Shown here: positions 46,249 through 56,375 of the stretch, in pieces
Numbering within the stretch: position 1 is the first letter of the stretch
Layout of the letters: each line of letters begins with the position of its first letter
Origin: Candidatus Omnitrophota bacterium
Lineage (GTDB): Bacteria; Omnitrophota; Gorgyraeia; Zapsychrales; Fredricksoniimonadaceae
Length of the DNA stretch: 64,000 bases
Direction: 5' to 3'
NCBI GenBank assembly: GCA_015233675.1
Contig: JADFXH010000009.1
Coordinates: 22,339 to 86,338 of the forward strand
Position numbers and translations under genes: made by a program
The notes under the pieces: generated by a model
The model's input: the letters and a program-made list of their open reading frames with translations, nothing else
Told to the model about the DNA's origin: nothing
The model's database searches: none

Positions 46249-47292
46249 CTATTTACCCGATGCCGTTTTTAAAGCTTCGATAAAACCAGGGTTAACCGTG
46301 CCCCCTAATTCCTGAGTCTTGCGCACATCAGCCCATGCCTTATCGTATTGTTTTAACTGATAATAACCAACAGCCCGGTTATAGTAAGCCTTTGTATAAT
46401 TTGGATTTAAATCCAGAGCCTTAGTCAAATCAGCAATAGCTTCGTTAGGTTTAATCTCTCGAAGATAAGAAAGAGCACGGATCATATAGTTTTTAGCATC
46501 TTTTGAGTTTATAGCAATAAGTTGGGTAAAATCAGAAATGGCCTGAATAAAATTTTGCTGATCATAATAGATGCTCCCACGGATATAATAGGCAACGCTA
46601 TCTTTACTGTTGAGCTCAATAGCTTTGTTATAGTCTGCAATGGCGGCAGATAAATCTCTTTTTTTGATATAGACAAGACCTCGCTTCCTGTAAAGAATCC
46701 CCTCTTTAGGAAAAAATTCAATAGCTTTATTATAATCCATCAAAGCAGCATCGAAATTGCCTTGTTTTACATAGGCCTTACCGCGGTTAACCAAGGCTAT
46801 GACATCCTTAGGATAAACTTCAACAGCTTTCGAATAGTCAGAAATAGCATCAGTGATTTTGCCTTGGTTATAGTAAATAATGCCGCGATTGTTGTAGGCA
46901 GCTGCGAATTTTGGGTTTATTTTTATAGCTTCGTTATAATCTGACAAAGCAGCTGTTAAATTTCCTTGTTTAACATAGAATTGGCCGCGATCAGTATAGG
47001 CCTTAAAATCTTTTGGATCTATTTCAATGGCTTGTGTAGAATCAGAGATGGCATCAGTTAAGTTGCCTAATTTGGCTAGAGCAAGAGCACGGTTGGCATA
47101 TCCTGAAGCATTTTTGTGGTCTGCTTCAATCGCCTTGGTAAATTCCGCGACAGCTTCCTTGAAATTGCCCTGTTTCATGTAGGTCAATCCTAAATCATTA
47201 GGCCCCTTGACCGTCTGTGCATATACAGATGAAATAATTAAAAAAAGCATGGCCGCTAAAGTCAGTTTTTTTAATCCAAAACAATATTCCAT
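46249..47292 (-). CDS. secreted/periplasmic TPR-repeat protein
   Basis: 347 aa. N-terminal signal-like segment (LTLAAMLFLIISSVYAQ), then ~9-10 TPR units. The C-terminal cap is shared with the two TMTC-like proteins. Confidence 0.75.
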   Translation of the reverse strand: MEYCFGLKKLTLAAMLFLIISSVYAQTVKGPNDLGLTYMKQGNFKEAVAEFTKAIEADHKNASGYANRALALAKLGNLTDAISDSTQAIEIDPKDFKAYTDRGQFYVKQGNLTAALSDYNEAIKINPKFAAAYNNRGIIYYNQGKITDAISDYSKAVEVYPKDVIALVNRGKAYVKQGNFDAALMDYNKAIEFFPKEGILYRKRGLVYIKKRDLSAAIADYNKAIELNSKDSVAYYIRGSIYYDQQNFIQAISDFTQLIAINSKDAKNYMIRALSYLREIKPNEAIADLTKALDLNPNYTKAYYNRAVGYYQLKQYDKAWADVRKTQELGGTVNPGFIEALKTASGK

Positions 47293-47304
47293 AAAGGCCT
47301 TCCC

Positions 47305-47592
47305 TTATTGAATATACTTTTGCGCCAATTGAGGGACATCTTCCAGGCGCACGTCACTGTGCCAAACATTATCGGGGTAGACCATAATATTGACACCCTT
47401 GGCGCACTGTCCTAAACATTGGGCCTGAGTCACACGAATGTTCGGATGCAGATTACGCTCCTTGGCGATTTCGCGCAATAAGCGAAAAACTTCTTGTCCC
47501 TTATGGTCCCCACAGGAGACTTTTTGGCCATTAGCATTATTAGTGCATACAAAAATAATACGCTGATAAGGTATTTTATTTGTCTGCATCAA
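47305..47592 (-). CDS. thioredoxin-like [2Fe-2S] ferredoxin domain protein
   Basis: 95 aa. IFVCTN...C...CLGQCAKGVN..VYP..VW pattern. Confidence 0.7.
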   Translation of the reverse strand: MMQTNKIPYQRIIFVCTNNANGQKVSCGDHKGQEVFRLLREIAKERNLHPNIRVTQAQCLGQCAKGVNIMVYPDNVWHSDVRLEDVPQLAQKYIQ

Positions 47593-48427
47593 CGATCTTC
47601 CTGAAAATATATAAAACTAAACGCGGTGGTAATATTTTTTGCGCTATCATGCGAGACCAGGAGGATAAATCAGAAACGTAACGCAACCGCGGTTTGGAAT
47701 TATTGACAATGTCCTCAATAAGCCGGGCCACATCATCAGGATCACGCTTAAGCTTTTTAGTATTATTTTGAGCAAGATTTTTCAATTTTTGACTAAACAG
47801 GAAATAGGGACTTTGGGCATTGTCAAAATTCCCGGCATAATGCGCGTTTTGGGTAAAAATATTAGTGGGATAACTCCCCGGCTCAACTATACAAACAGAG
47901 ATCCCAAACAAAGCCAGCTCAAAATAAAGGCTTTCGCTAAAAGCTTCCAAGGCCCATTTGCTGACATTATATGCGCCCAAACAAGGGCTAGCTACCTGAC
48001 CGGCAATACTGGAAATATTAATAATTTTCCCTCGTGAGCGCTTACGCATCAAAGGGATGACTTCACGGCATACGTTTTGTACCCCGAAGAAATTAACTTC
48101 CATCTGCGAACGGATTTCTTCTTCGCTCAAATCTTCAAAAAATCCACCGATGCCATAACCCGCATTATTAATAAGCACATCAATAATGCCATGCGTTTTC
48201 TGAATTTCTTCGATGACATTTTTGATGGTGAAAGGCTTGGTAACATCAAGTTCTCGGATAACGGCCTGAGCATTGCGCTTGGCCAATTCATTTTCCAAGG
48301 ACTGTTTGCGAGTTAAATCCCGCATGGTCGCCCAAACTAAATGACCCTTGCCAGCCAGACGTACTGCGGTCAACAAACCAAAACCGCTCGAACAGCCAGT
48401 GATAAGAATGACTTTTTGATTATCCAT
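47576..48427 (-). CDS. short-chain dehydrogenase/reductase
   Basis: 283 aa. ITGCSSGFG and YNVSKWA (YxxxK) motifs. Confidence 0.8.
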   Translation of the reverse strand: MDNQKVILITGCSSGFGLLTAVRLAGKGHLVWATMRDLTRKQSLENELAKRNAQAVIRELDVTKPFTIKNVIEEIQKTHGIIDVLINNAGYGIGGFFEDLSEEEIRSQMEVNFFGVQNVCREVIPLMRKRSRGKIINISSIAGQVASPCLGAYNVSKWALEAFSESLYFELALFGISVCIVEPGSYPTNIFTQNAHYAGNFDNAQSPYFLFSQKLKNLAQNNTKKLKRDPDDVARLIEDIVNNSKPRLRYVSDLSSWSRMIAQKILPPRLVLYIFRKIVDADK

Positions 48428-48443
48428 GTGCCAGTGATAGGAT

Positions 48444-49511
48444 TTACAATTTTGTAGCTTTTTGAATCATTAAACAATCGACGAGCGTCAACGCTATCAT
48501 AGCTTCAGCCACCGGCACAATCCTTGGCGCCAAACAAGGATCGTGGCGGCCTTTGACCCGCACCTGAACTTCCTGGTATTTTTCATTAAGCGTTTTTTGC
48601 AGTTGGGATATAGACGACGGAGGTTTTAAGCCTAAGCGTATAATAATATCTTCACCGGTAGATATGCCGCCTATAATACCTCCGGAGTGATTAGTAAGGC
48701 AAGAGACTCTCTTAGCTTTAAGGACAAAGCGGTCATTATTCACTGAGCCAGTTGACCGGCTGGCACCAAATCCGTCACCGAATTCAATTGCTTTGACCGA
48801 ACCAATAGACATTAACCCTAAGGATAAACGGGCATTGAGCTTATCAAAGCAAGGATCACCTAAACCCGGCGGACATCCTTTGACAACACATTCAAGTATA
48901 GCCCCAATAGAGTCCCCTTGCTTTCGGGCTTCTTCAATCTTGGCAATCATAACAGCAGCTGCTTTGGCATCAGCCGTACGTACAGCGTTTTGTTCGATAA
49001 TTTTATAATCAATATTTTGGGCATAAATATCCCCCACAGCCAGGGTATAAACAATGATTTGGATCTTATGTTTCGCTAAAATCTTTTTAGCTACAGCCCC
49101 GGCAGCGACACGGGAAGCAGTCTCACGTCCGGATGAACGCCCTCCTCCGCGATAATCGCGATAGCCGAACTTGGCCATATAACTAAAATCCGCGTGTCCG
49201 GGGCGAAACACATCTTTGATATTCTCATAATCTTTGGGACGCTGATCTTCATTACGGATAAGAATGGCCAGCGGCGCTCCGGTGGTTTGGCCTTCAAAAA
49301 CTCCGGAGAGGATTTGAGCCCGGTCAGTTTCATGACGCTGGGTAGTAATTTTGCTTTGTCCGGGCCTGCGGCGATCCAAATCTTTTTGAATATCAGCGTC
49401 AGATAAAGGCAATTTCGGCGGCACGCCGTCAATGACGACACCAATGGCGGGCCCATGGCTTTCGCCAAAAGTAGTGATCTTAAAAAGTTGTCCGAATGAA
49501 TTTCCAGCCAT
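48444..49511 (-). CDS. aroC: chorismate synthase
   Basis: 355 aa. TFGESHGPAIG N-terminus and GRHDPC motif. Confidence 0.93.
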   Translation of the reverse strand: MAGNSFGQLFKITTFGESHGPAIGVVIDGVPPKLPLSDADIQKDLDRRRPGQSKITTQRHETDRAQILSGVFEGQTTGAPLAILIRNEDQRPKDYENIKDVFRPGHADFSYMAKFGYRDYRGGGRSSGRETASRVAAGAVAKKILAKHKIQIIVYTLAVGDIYAQNIDYKIIEQNAVRTADAKAAAVMIAKIEEARKQGDSIGAILECVVKGCPPGLGDPCFDKLNARLSLGLMSIGSVKAIEFGDGFGASRSTGSVNNDRFVLKAKRVSCLTNHSGGIIGGISTGEDIIIRLGLKPPSSISQLQKTLNEKYQEVQVRVKGRHDPCLAPRIVPVAEAMIALTLVDCLMIQKATKL

Positions 49512-49513
49512 AG

Positions 49514-51187
49514 TTAATCTGTCACCGCCCCTTTTGAGGCGCTGGTTACCAGTTTAGCATACTTTGACAAAACACCGCTCGTATATCTTTGTTTTGGCTG
49601 CTTCCAAACTTTTTGGCGTTTTTTGATCTCTGCTATGGATAAATTTAAATTAATTTGCCGTTTAACGGCATCAATAGTAATAATGTCCCCATTCTTAACA
49701 ATGGCCAATAATCCGCCATTAAAAGCTTCAGGAGTAATATGCCCCACCACAAAACCATGGCTGCCTCCGGAAAAACGACCATCCGTGACCAAAGCCACGT
49801 CTTTGCCTAAACCTCGTCCGGAAATAGCAGAAGTCGGAGAGAGCATTTCACGCATGCCCGGGCCACCGCGAGGCCCTTCATAACGGATCACAACCACATC
49901 TCCCTTGACGATCTTACCATTTAAAATAGCCTTAAGCGCCGTTTCTTCCGATTCAAAAACTTTAGCCTTACCGCTAAACGACAGGCCTTCCTTGCCGGTG
50001 ATTTTAGCAACAGCCCCTTCACTGGCCAAATTGCCGTATAACATAATCAAATGGCCTTCTTTTTTAATAGCATTATTCAAAGGACGGATGATCTGCTGTC
50101 CTTCACGATAATACTGAACATCCTTTAAATTTTCACGGACAGTTTTACCTGTCACCGTCATACAATCGCCATGCAACAAACCATTATCCAAAAGCATTTT
50201 CATTAAGGGCACAAGCCCTCCTATAGCAGCTAATTCTGCCGCCACAAAGCGTCCGCTAGGCTTAAGGTCAGCTAAGACCGGTGTTTTCTTGCCGATGCGA
50301 GTAAAATCATCTAAGGTCAATTTTACCCCTGCAGAATGGGCAATAGCGATCAAATGTAAAACAGCATTCGTTGAACCGCCCAAAACCGTCACCACTGTAA
50401 TGGCATTTTCAAAAGCTTTTTTGGTCATGATGTCGCGGGGTTTAAGGTTTTGTTTCAATAAATTTAATACTGCCCGGCCGGCATTGACGCAGTCCAATTC
50501 TTTTTCAGGTGAAACAGCAATTTGCATGGAACTGTTTGGCAGGCTCATACCCAAAGCTTCAATGGCGCTGGCCATGGTATTGGCCGTATACATGCCTCCG
50601 CATGAACCAGGACCGGGGATAGCACAGGTTTCAATATCTTTAAGTTCCTGGTCAGAAATCTTTTGGGCGGCGTGTTTGCCTACCGCTTCAAAGACCGATA
50701 CAATGTCCACATTCTGGCCTTTATGGCAGCCGGGCAGAATCGTACCGCCGTAAACAAAAACCGACGGACGATTTAAACGGGCCATAGCCATGACACAACC
50801 CGGCATGTTTTTATCGCAGCCGCCGATGGCTACTAATCCATCGAAACCTTCGCAGGCAGCAACGGTCTCCACTGAATCAGCAATCACCTCGCGTGACACT
50901 AAAGAATATTTCATCCCTTCGGTACCCATGGAAATACCGTCGGCCACAGTAATTGTCCCAAAAATAATCCCTTTGCCCCCGGCCGCGTCCGTGCCCTCAA
51001 CCGCCTTACGGGCCAATTTATCGATATGCATATTGCAGGGTGTTAACATGCTCCAGGTGGAAGCAACCCCGATTTGCGGTTTTTGAAAGTCTTCATCCTT
51101 AAAACCGGTAGCTCGAAGCATTGAGCGGTTGGGAGCCCGATCATTACCGTCGACAACTATAGAAGAAAATTTCCTTATTTCAGACAT
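49514..51187 (-). CDS. ilvD: dihydroxy-acid dehydratase
   Basis: GGCDKNMPG and Fe-S Cys contexts. The likely start is MSEIRKFSS (51187), just after the leuD stop; the track start is 51208. Confidence 0.92.
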   Translation of the reverse strand: MSEIRKFSSIVVDGNDRAPNRSMLRATGFKDEDFQKPQIGVASTWSMLTPCNMHIDKLARKAVEGTDAAGGKGIIFGTITVADGISMGTEGMKYSLVSREVIADSVETVAACEGFDGLVAIGGCDKNMPGCVMAMARLNRPSVFVYGGTILPGCHKGQNVDIVSVFEAVGKHAAQKISDQELKDIETCAIPGPGSCGGMYTANTMASAIEALGMSLPNSSMQIAVSPEKELDCVNAGRAVLNLLKQNLKPRDIMTKKAFENAITVVTVLGGSTNAVLHLIAIAHSAGVKLTLDDFTRIGKKTPVLADLKPSGRFVAAELAAIGGLVPLMKMLLDNGLLHGDCMTVTGKTVRENLKDVQYYREGQQIIRPLNNAIKKEGHLIMLYGNLASEGAVAKITGKEGLSFSGKAKVFESEETALKAILNGKIVKGDVVVIRYEGPRGGPGMREMLSPTSAISGRGLGKDVALVTDGRFSGGSHGFVVGHITPEAFNGGLLAIVKNGDIITIDAVKRQINLNLSIAEIKKRQKVWKQPKQRYTSGVLSKYAKLVTSASKGAVTD

Positions 51188-51189
51188 AA

Positions 51190-51807
51190 TTAACCCCTCG
51201 AAAGCCATGGATACTGATTTTTAATCTTGTTTTCATAGGCCGCGATTTTATCCTGAAATTGCAGTGTCCAGCCAATACCATCCAGCCCCTTAAGCAAGCA
51301 TTCCTTATTAAAAGCATCAATTGCAAATGAATAAGTCTTGCCTCCAGCTGTGACTGTTTGCGCCGGCAAATCGGCACTGATCACGGCTCCTTTATTCTTT
51401 TCAACGAAAGTGAATATCTCATCAACTTCTTGGGATTTTAATTGAGCCAGTAAAATACCATTTTTAACACAATTATTGTAAAAAATATCCGCGAATGAAG
51501 GGGCAATGATCAATCTAAATCCGAAATCCCCTAAAGCCCAGGGAGCATGCTCACGGCTGGAACCGCAGCCAAAATTATCCCGGGCTAACAGGACCGTCGC
51601 CTTACGATAGGGTTCCTGATTCAAAATAAAATCAGGGTTCTCTCTGGTGCCTTCATAATCACTGTATCGCCATTCGTGAAAAAGATGTTTGCCAAAACCA
51701 ACTTTTTCAATTTTTCTTAAAAATTGTTTGGGAATAATAGCGTCAGTATCCACATTTACTCTATTTACAAAAGCTGCGATGCCTGAATGAAATTTGAATG
51801 GTTGCAT
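51190..51807 (-). CDS. leuD: 3-isopropylmalate dehydratase small subunit
   Basis: 205 aa. [13 protein letters not shown] motif. Confidence 0.92.
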   Translation of the reverse strand: MQPFKFHSGIAAFVNRVNVDTDAIIPKQFLRKIEKVGFGKHLFHEWRYSDYEGTRENPDFILNQEPYRKATVLLARDNFGCGSSREHAPWALGDFGFRLIIAPSFADIFYNNCVKNGILLAQLKSQEVDEIFTFVEKNKGAVISADLPAQTVTAGGKTYSFAIDAFNKECLLKGLDGIGWTLQFQDKIAAYENKIKNQYPWLSRG

Positions 51808-51816
51808 ACACCCTCT

Positions 51817-53220
51817 TTAACTTTTAAAAATTCTTACATCCGTGATTTTGCCTTCTAAGGCGGCAACGGCAGCCATTACGGGGCTCATTAAATGCGTACG
51901 TCCGCCGGGGCCTTGCCTGCCTTCAAAATTGCGATTACTGGTTGATGCGCAACGCTCGCCTTTTTTTAATTGATCATCATTCATCCCCAAACACATGGAA
52001 CAACCGGCAAAACGCCACTCCAATCCGGCATTAATAAAAATTTGATCAAGCCCTTCTTTTTCGGCTTGAAGACGCACGCGCCCGGATCCGGGGACGACGA
52101 TGGCAGTGACCCCGGGAGCGACTCTCCTGCCGCTGACAATTTGGGCTGCTTCACGTAAATCTTCAATCCGCCCGTTGGTGCACGAACCTATAAAAACCTT
52201 GTCGATCTTGATATCTGATATTTTTGTCCCGGGTTTCAAGTCCATATAAGCCAAGGCATTTTGGGCCGCCGTACGCTCAACCGCATCTTCCATCCTCTCC
52301 GGATCAGGAACAACCCCCTCTACAGTGGTCACCTGACCAGGAGACGTGCCCCATGTCACCATGGGTTTAATATCTTCCGCCTTGATATTGATAACTCTGT
52401 CAAATTTTGCATTCTTATCACTGGGTAAGGTTTTCCAATAGGCAACGGCCTTTCCCCAGTCGGATCCCTTAGGAGCAAAGTCACGGCCTTTGATGTAATT
52501 AAAAGTTATTTCATCAGGAGCGATCATCCCTGCCCGGGCCCCGGCCTCGATAGACATGTTACAAATGGTCATACGCGCTTCCATTGACAAGTCTCGTATC
52601 GCAGAACCCGCATACTCGATGACATAACCAGTCCCTCCGGCTGTACCGATCTGACCAATAACACACAAGATTATATCTTTGGAGGTCACTTTTTTGCCTA
52701 ATTTACCGTCTATATTGATCAGCATGGTTTTAGGCTGGCTCTGTTGCAATGTTTGCGTAGCTAAAACATGTTCAACTTCAGAAGTGCCTATGCCGAAAGC
52801 CAATGATCCAAAAGCTCCGTGTGTCGCGGTATGGGAATCACCGCAGACAATGGTGAGACCCGGGAGAGTCAAACCCAATTCAGGGCCTATAACATGTACG
52901 ATCCCCTGGTCTTTGTCCGCAAAATCATATAAGCGAACACCAAATTCCTGACAATTTTTAGACAAGGTATCCATTTGCGTTCGGGATGTTGCATCAACCT
53001 TGGCAATATCTTTGGTGCGTGTCGATACATTATGGTCCATGGTGGCCACTGTTTTTTGCGGACAGCGCACCATCCTTTTATTTTCTCGTAATGCCGCAAA
53101 AGCCTGCGGACTTGTCACTTCATGCACCAGATGCAAGTCAATATAGATAATAGATGTGTCTCCCTGAGACTCTCTAACCAGATGGTCTTGCCATATTTTC
53201 TCAAACATAGTTTTATTCAT
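51817..53220 (-). CDS. leuC: 3-isopropylmalate dehydratase large subunit
   Basis: Aconitase-family Cys contexts ([15 protein letters not shown]). The track start at 53232 is a GTG. The ATG at 53220 ([10 protein letters not shown]) has GAGGG 5 nt upstream and fits the predicted promoter. Confidence 0.92.
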   Translation of the reverse strand: MNKTMFEKIWQDHLVRESQGDTSIIYIDLHLVHEVTSPQAFAALRENKRMVRCPQKTVATMDHNVSTRTKDIAKVDATSRTQMDTLSKNCQEFGVRLYDFADKDQGIVHVIGPELGLTLPGLTIVCGDSHTATHGAFGSLAFGIGTSEVEHVLATQTLQQSQPKTMLINIDGKLGKKVTSKDIILCVIGQIGTAGGTGYVIEYAGSAIRDLSMEARMTICNMSIEAGARAGMIAPDEITFNYIKGRDFAPKGSDWGKAVAYWKTLPSDKNAKFDRVINIKAEDIKPMVTWGTSPGQVTTVEGVVPDPERMEDAVERTAAQNALAYMDLKPGTKISDIKIDKVFIGSCTNGRIEDLREAAQIVSGRRVAPGVTAIVVPGSGRVRLQAEKEGLDQIFINAGLEWRFAGCSMCLGMNDDQLKKGERCASTSNRNFEGRQGPGGRTHLMSPVMAAVAALEGKITDVRIFKS

Positions 53221-53244
53221 AACAGCCCTCACTTTGAATTTGTA

Positions 53245-53273
53245 ATTATATAGAAAGCCTTCTCATATGTCAA
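53245..53273 (-). promoter_or_regulatory. sigma70-type promoter of leuC (TTGACA-N17-TATAAT)
   Basis: Minus-strand TTGACA (53273-53268), a 17-nt spacer, then TATAAT (53250-53245). This predicts a ~18-nt leader to the ATG at 53220. Confidence 0.7.
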
Positions 53274-53322
53274 CACAGGACATCCCTGCCGGGCGCATGG
53301 TCGTGTCAGAAATTCTTGCAGG

Positions 53323-53499
53323 TTATGCATAAAAAGAGATATTATTTGCTCAACGGGACATTTTCGCCGTTGGCGTCGGTTTACAGCAAAAATGTTCTAA
53401 AGTTTCTCTTCATTTGGAACATTTTTGCTGTAAATCCTAGCCAACTTTTGACGAAAAATCCCTGAATGTTTCGCAAACAATATCTCTTTTCATGCATAA
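53323..53499 (+). repeat. type I long-hairpin repeat, copy B'
   Basis: Near-identical to copy B (TTATGCATAAAAAG...CTTTTCATGCATAA). Confidence 0.9.
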
Positions 53500-53531
53500 C
53501 ACCCAATCCTTGCTCAGGCTGATACTGATAT

Positions 53532-53643
53532 GTTGTTCTGACGTATAAAAATCTGAAACCTTGCATTCGGCTGGTCTTGACGCGTGACCCCGAATGTGGG
53601 AAACCACCCTACCAGCATGAACAAAGATTTTAGCCAGAACAAC
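53532..53643. repeat. 112-nt nested hairpin insert with 9-nt terminal inverted repeats
   Basis: GTTGTTCTG...CAGAACAAC, flanked by ATAT on both sides. The paralogous site at 11351-11359 (GATATTCAG) is uninterrupted. Confidence 0.8.
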
Positions 53644-53704
53644 ATATCAGTGTCAGCCGTCCATGTATCACGCGCTCATAAACTTTTGACACTGCCGGGC
53701 GCAC

Positions 53705-53733
53705 CATAAAAAACCCGTCTTTGAAGGACGGGG
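53705..53733 (-). terminator. intrinsic terminator after the 53751..54104 gene
   Basis: Minus strand: the CCCGTC and GACGGG arms flank a TTCAAA loop (with extra G-C pairing possible), followed by TTTTTTAT. Confidence 0.7.
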
Positions 53734-53750
53734 CTTCGGGCAACGGCTAA

Positions 53751-54104
53751 TTATTTCAGGATTTTAATGGATTTGCCTATATTCACGCCTTCAGGTGTCG
53801 TGAGATAAATTACATTCACATGACCATTGGCGACGATTTTATCCGGCAAGAGGGGTTTTGCATCCGCATCCCAAAGGGTGGTGGTTGACGTCACCAGGAT
53901 ATGAATGGTCTTTTTGTCGGCGTCAATAACGACAATTTCAGATTTTGTCCCTTTGGCTGGGTCTGCCCAAGAAACAGATTTGACTACTCCCGACAATATT
54001 GTTTGCGAACTGTCCATCATTGTGGCGGCCATTGCCAAATCATCTGCCCAAGCCGAGGCAATGCTGCCAACAAAAACACATAAAGTTAAAACAATTTTTT
54101 TCAT
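53751..54104 (-). CDS. small secreted hypothetical protein
   Basis: Likely start MKKIVLTLCVFVGSIASAWADD (signal peptide). Last gene after the sensor kinase and followed by an intrinsic terminator. No family recognised. Confidence 0.5.
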   Translation of the reverse strand: MKKIVLTLCVFVGSIASAWADDLAMAATMMDSSQTILSGVVKSVSWADPAKGTKSEIVVIDADKKTIHILVTSTTTLWDADAKPLLPDKIVANGHVNVIYLTTPEGVNIGKSIKILK

Positions 54105-54214
54105 TATTGTCCTGTTGAGCCCCATTATAGAGCTAAACACTTATGGAGTATGTTAGTTTAACCCCCTGCGTATTAAACGATCATTAAAACAAAATTAAAA
54201 TTCTATAACTTTAT

Positions 54215-55699
54215 TTAACTTCCGTTCGTTGTCTTTGATTTTATAGGAAGGGAAATAGTAAAAACAGTCCCTTTAGGGAGGTTGGCCCTGGCGGAAATTT
54301 TTCCTCCATGAGCCATGGCAATAGACTGGGAAATACTTAAGCCTAAACCAAAACCGATGCTGCTGCGGGATTTGTCAACCCTGTAAAAACGGTCAAAAAT
54401 ATAAGGCAATTCACTTTCGGGCATACCAATACCGGTGTCTACGATATCAATATTCGCTGAATCTTTCTGCTGACTTAAATCTATGGAAATTTTTCCTCCG
54501 GATGGCGTGTATTTAATAGCGTTATCCAAAATGTTAAGGATCAGTCTCTTGATTTGATTCTTGTCAGCGATAATATCTAACGTATGAGCCCTATTAAATT
54601 GAATCGTTACTTCTTTTTGTATGGCTAACACCTGAATAGCTTCCACAACGTCTTTAATCAACAAGTTAAGGTCCAGGGGCGCCGCCTGAAGTGTTGTGGT
54701 TTTTGCATCAAAGCGGGCCAATGTCAAAAGATTTTCTACAATGCCTGCCAGACGATTGACTTCCTCAAGGTTGCTATGCAGAGCTGATTCATATTCCTGG
54801 GGAGAACGGATCCTCTTCAAAGTGACTTCCAATTCCCCCTTCAAAACGGATAAAGGGGTCTTGAGTTCATGAGAAATATCTTCCATAAATTGCCTCTGGG
54901 AGGTAAACGATTCATCAAGACGGGTAATCATTTCATTAAAAGTTTTTGCTAAAGACTCTATTTCATCCTTGGTGCCCGGCATTGTCAGACGCAGCTTAAG
55001 ATTTTCAGCCGTGATCTGATGAATAGTTTCAATCATTTGATTAACCGGACGAAGCGTCAATTGAACTAAAAAAATCCCGCTCAAACCCGTTAATACAGCT
55101 GTCAAGGGCAGCAAAAAAAGCAAAGAAAATCTCAAATTACGAAGCACCGTGTGAAGCTGGACCAAGGGGCTTGCCACCTGCACCACATAAGAAAGCCTTT
55201 TATATTCCATGACCGGGGTGGTAAAGATCCTAAACAAAGAAGATTTTTCATTAACATAAATATAGGCATTCTCAAAGTGATCAGCGCCCTTTTTAACATC
55301 GTAAAAAATATGTGAATTAAGATGCTCCATAGGAATATTCCGGCTAGAGGCAATCGGAGAACCGTGAGCATCAAAAATACGGACAATGATATTGATCAAA
55401 TCCGGATCATTGATCTTTTCCCCAACCCAGCGCTTGGCAATCTTTATAAAATTGATATTGTCTTCTTTGGTAAAATGGACTTTTGAATCACCATCAGCAA
55501 TATTCATACGTTCAGCTTCCCAATAAGTATTGATAGATTGCTCAATACCTTTAGCGCGTGAGCGTAAAATATCATCCGTATCATTGGAGATCTTTAGGGA
55601 AAGATTATGATAGAGCACCATCCCAAAAACGAATAGGGCCAAAGATAAAATGAACATGTGCCACAGGACGATTTTAAAACGGATGGACTGAAGAAGCAT
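54215..55699 (-). CDS. sensor histidine kinase (HAMP-HisKA-HATPase, CusS/heavy-metal-sensor-like)
   Basis: 494 aa. Two TM segments flank a periplasmic domain. H-box SHELKTPLSVLKGELEV, plus N, G1 and G2 boxes (DNAIKYTP, DTGIGM, GLGLSI). Confidence 0.85.
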   Translation of the reverse strand: MLLQSIRFKIVLWHMFILSLALFVFGMVLYHNLSLKISNDTDDILRSRAKGIEQSINTYWEAERMNIADGDSKVHFTKEDNINFIKIAKRWVGEKINDPDLINIIVRIFDAHGSPIASSRNIPMEHLNSHIFYDVKKGADHFENAYIYVNEKSSLFRIFTTPVMEYKRLSYVVQVASPLVQLHTVLRNLRFSLLFLLPLTAVLTGLSGIFLVQLTLRPVNQMIETIHQITAENLKLRLTMPGTKDEIESLAKTFNEMITRLDESFTSQRQFMEDISHELKTPLSVLKGELEVTLKRIRSPQEYESALHSNLEEVNRLAGIVENLLTLARFDAKTTTLQAAPLDLNLLIKDVVEAIQVLAIQKEVTIQFNRAHTLDIIADKNQIKRLILNILDNAIKYTPSGGKISIDLSQQKDSANIDIVDTGIGMPESELPYIFDRFYRVDKSRSSIGFGLGLSISQSIAMAHGGKISARANLPKGTVFTISLPIKSKTTNGS

Positions 55700-55702
55700 G
55701 TT

Positions 55703-56371
55703 TTACTTTTTAAGAAGATACCCTTTACCACGTACGGTGTGGATCATTTTATTATCAAAGCCGCTGTCAATCTTATTACGCAGGTAATTGATATAGACAT
55801 CAATAACATTGGTAAAGGTGTCGAAATTAATATCCCATACGTGCTCAGAAATCATGGTGCGGGTAACGATATTTCCCGCGTTGCGCATCAAATATTCCAA
55901 TAGCGCGTATTCCTTGACAGTAAGATCAATCTCGCGGTCTGCTCGTATGACTTTATGGGTCAATAGATCCAGGCTCAAATCGTCCACTTTCAACTGGGTC
56001 TGCACGCGGCCGTCTTTTTTGCGCAATAACACACGCACGCGCGCCAGTAATTCTTCAAATGCAAAAGGCTTTGGGAGATAGTCATCCGCCCCTGAATCCA
56101 AACCCTTGACCTTATCTTTGACCGCATCCTTGGCAGTCAGCATGATAATGGGCGTTTGATTGCCTTCTGTGCGTAATGTGCGACAGAGAGTTAACCCATC
56201 TACTTTCGGAAGCATTAAATCCAGAATGATGGCGTCGTATTCATTTGAACTTAACAAAAAATGCCCCTCTTCTCCATCGTTAACAACATCAACTGCGTAG
56301 CCCTCTTCTTTAAGGCCACGCTTGATGAATTGGGCTATTTTAACTTCGTCTTCTATAACCAGGATACGCAT
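55703..56371 (-). CDS. OmpR-family response regulator (CusR/CopR-like)
   Basis: 222 aa. Receiver domain (ILDLMLP, KPFAFEELLARV) plus a winged-helix C-terminus. Confidence 0.88.
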   Translation of the reverse strand: MRILVIEDEVKIAQFIKRGLKEEGYAVDVVNDGEEGHFLLSSNEYDAIILDLMLPKVDGLTLCRTLRTEGNQTPIIMLTAKDAVKDKVKGLDSGADDYLPKPFAFEELLARVRVLLRKKDGRVQTQLKVDDLSLDLLTHKVIRADREIDLTVKEYALLEYLMRNAGNIVTRTMISEHVWDINFDTFTNVIDVYINYLRNKIDSGFDNKMIHTVRGKGYLLKK

Positions 56372-56375
56372 AATT

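Larger units (their letters stand above)
53304..53691. repeat. TGTCAAAA-ended composite element carrying type I copy B' and a nested 112-nt insert
   Basis: Ends are TGTCAGAAATTCTTGCAG... and ...ATAAACTTTTGACA. It is bracketed by the 12-nt direct repeat CTGCCGGGCGCA (53286-53297 and 53692-53703). Confidence 0.75.
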
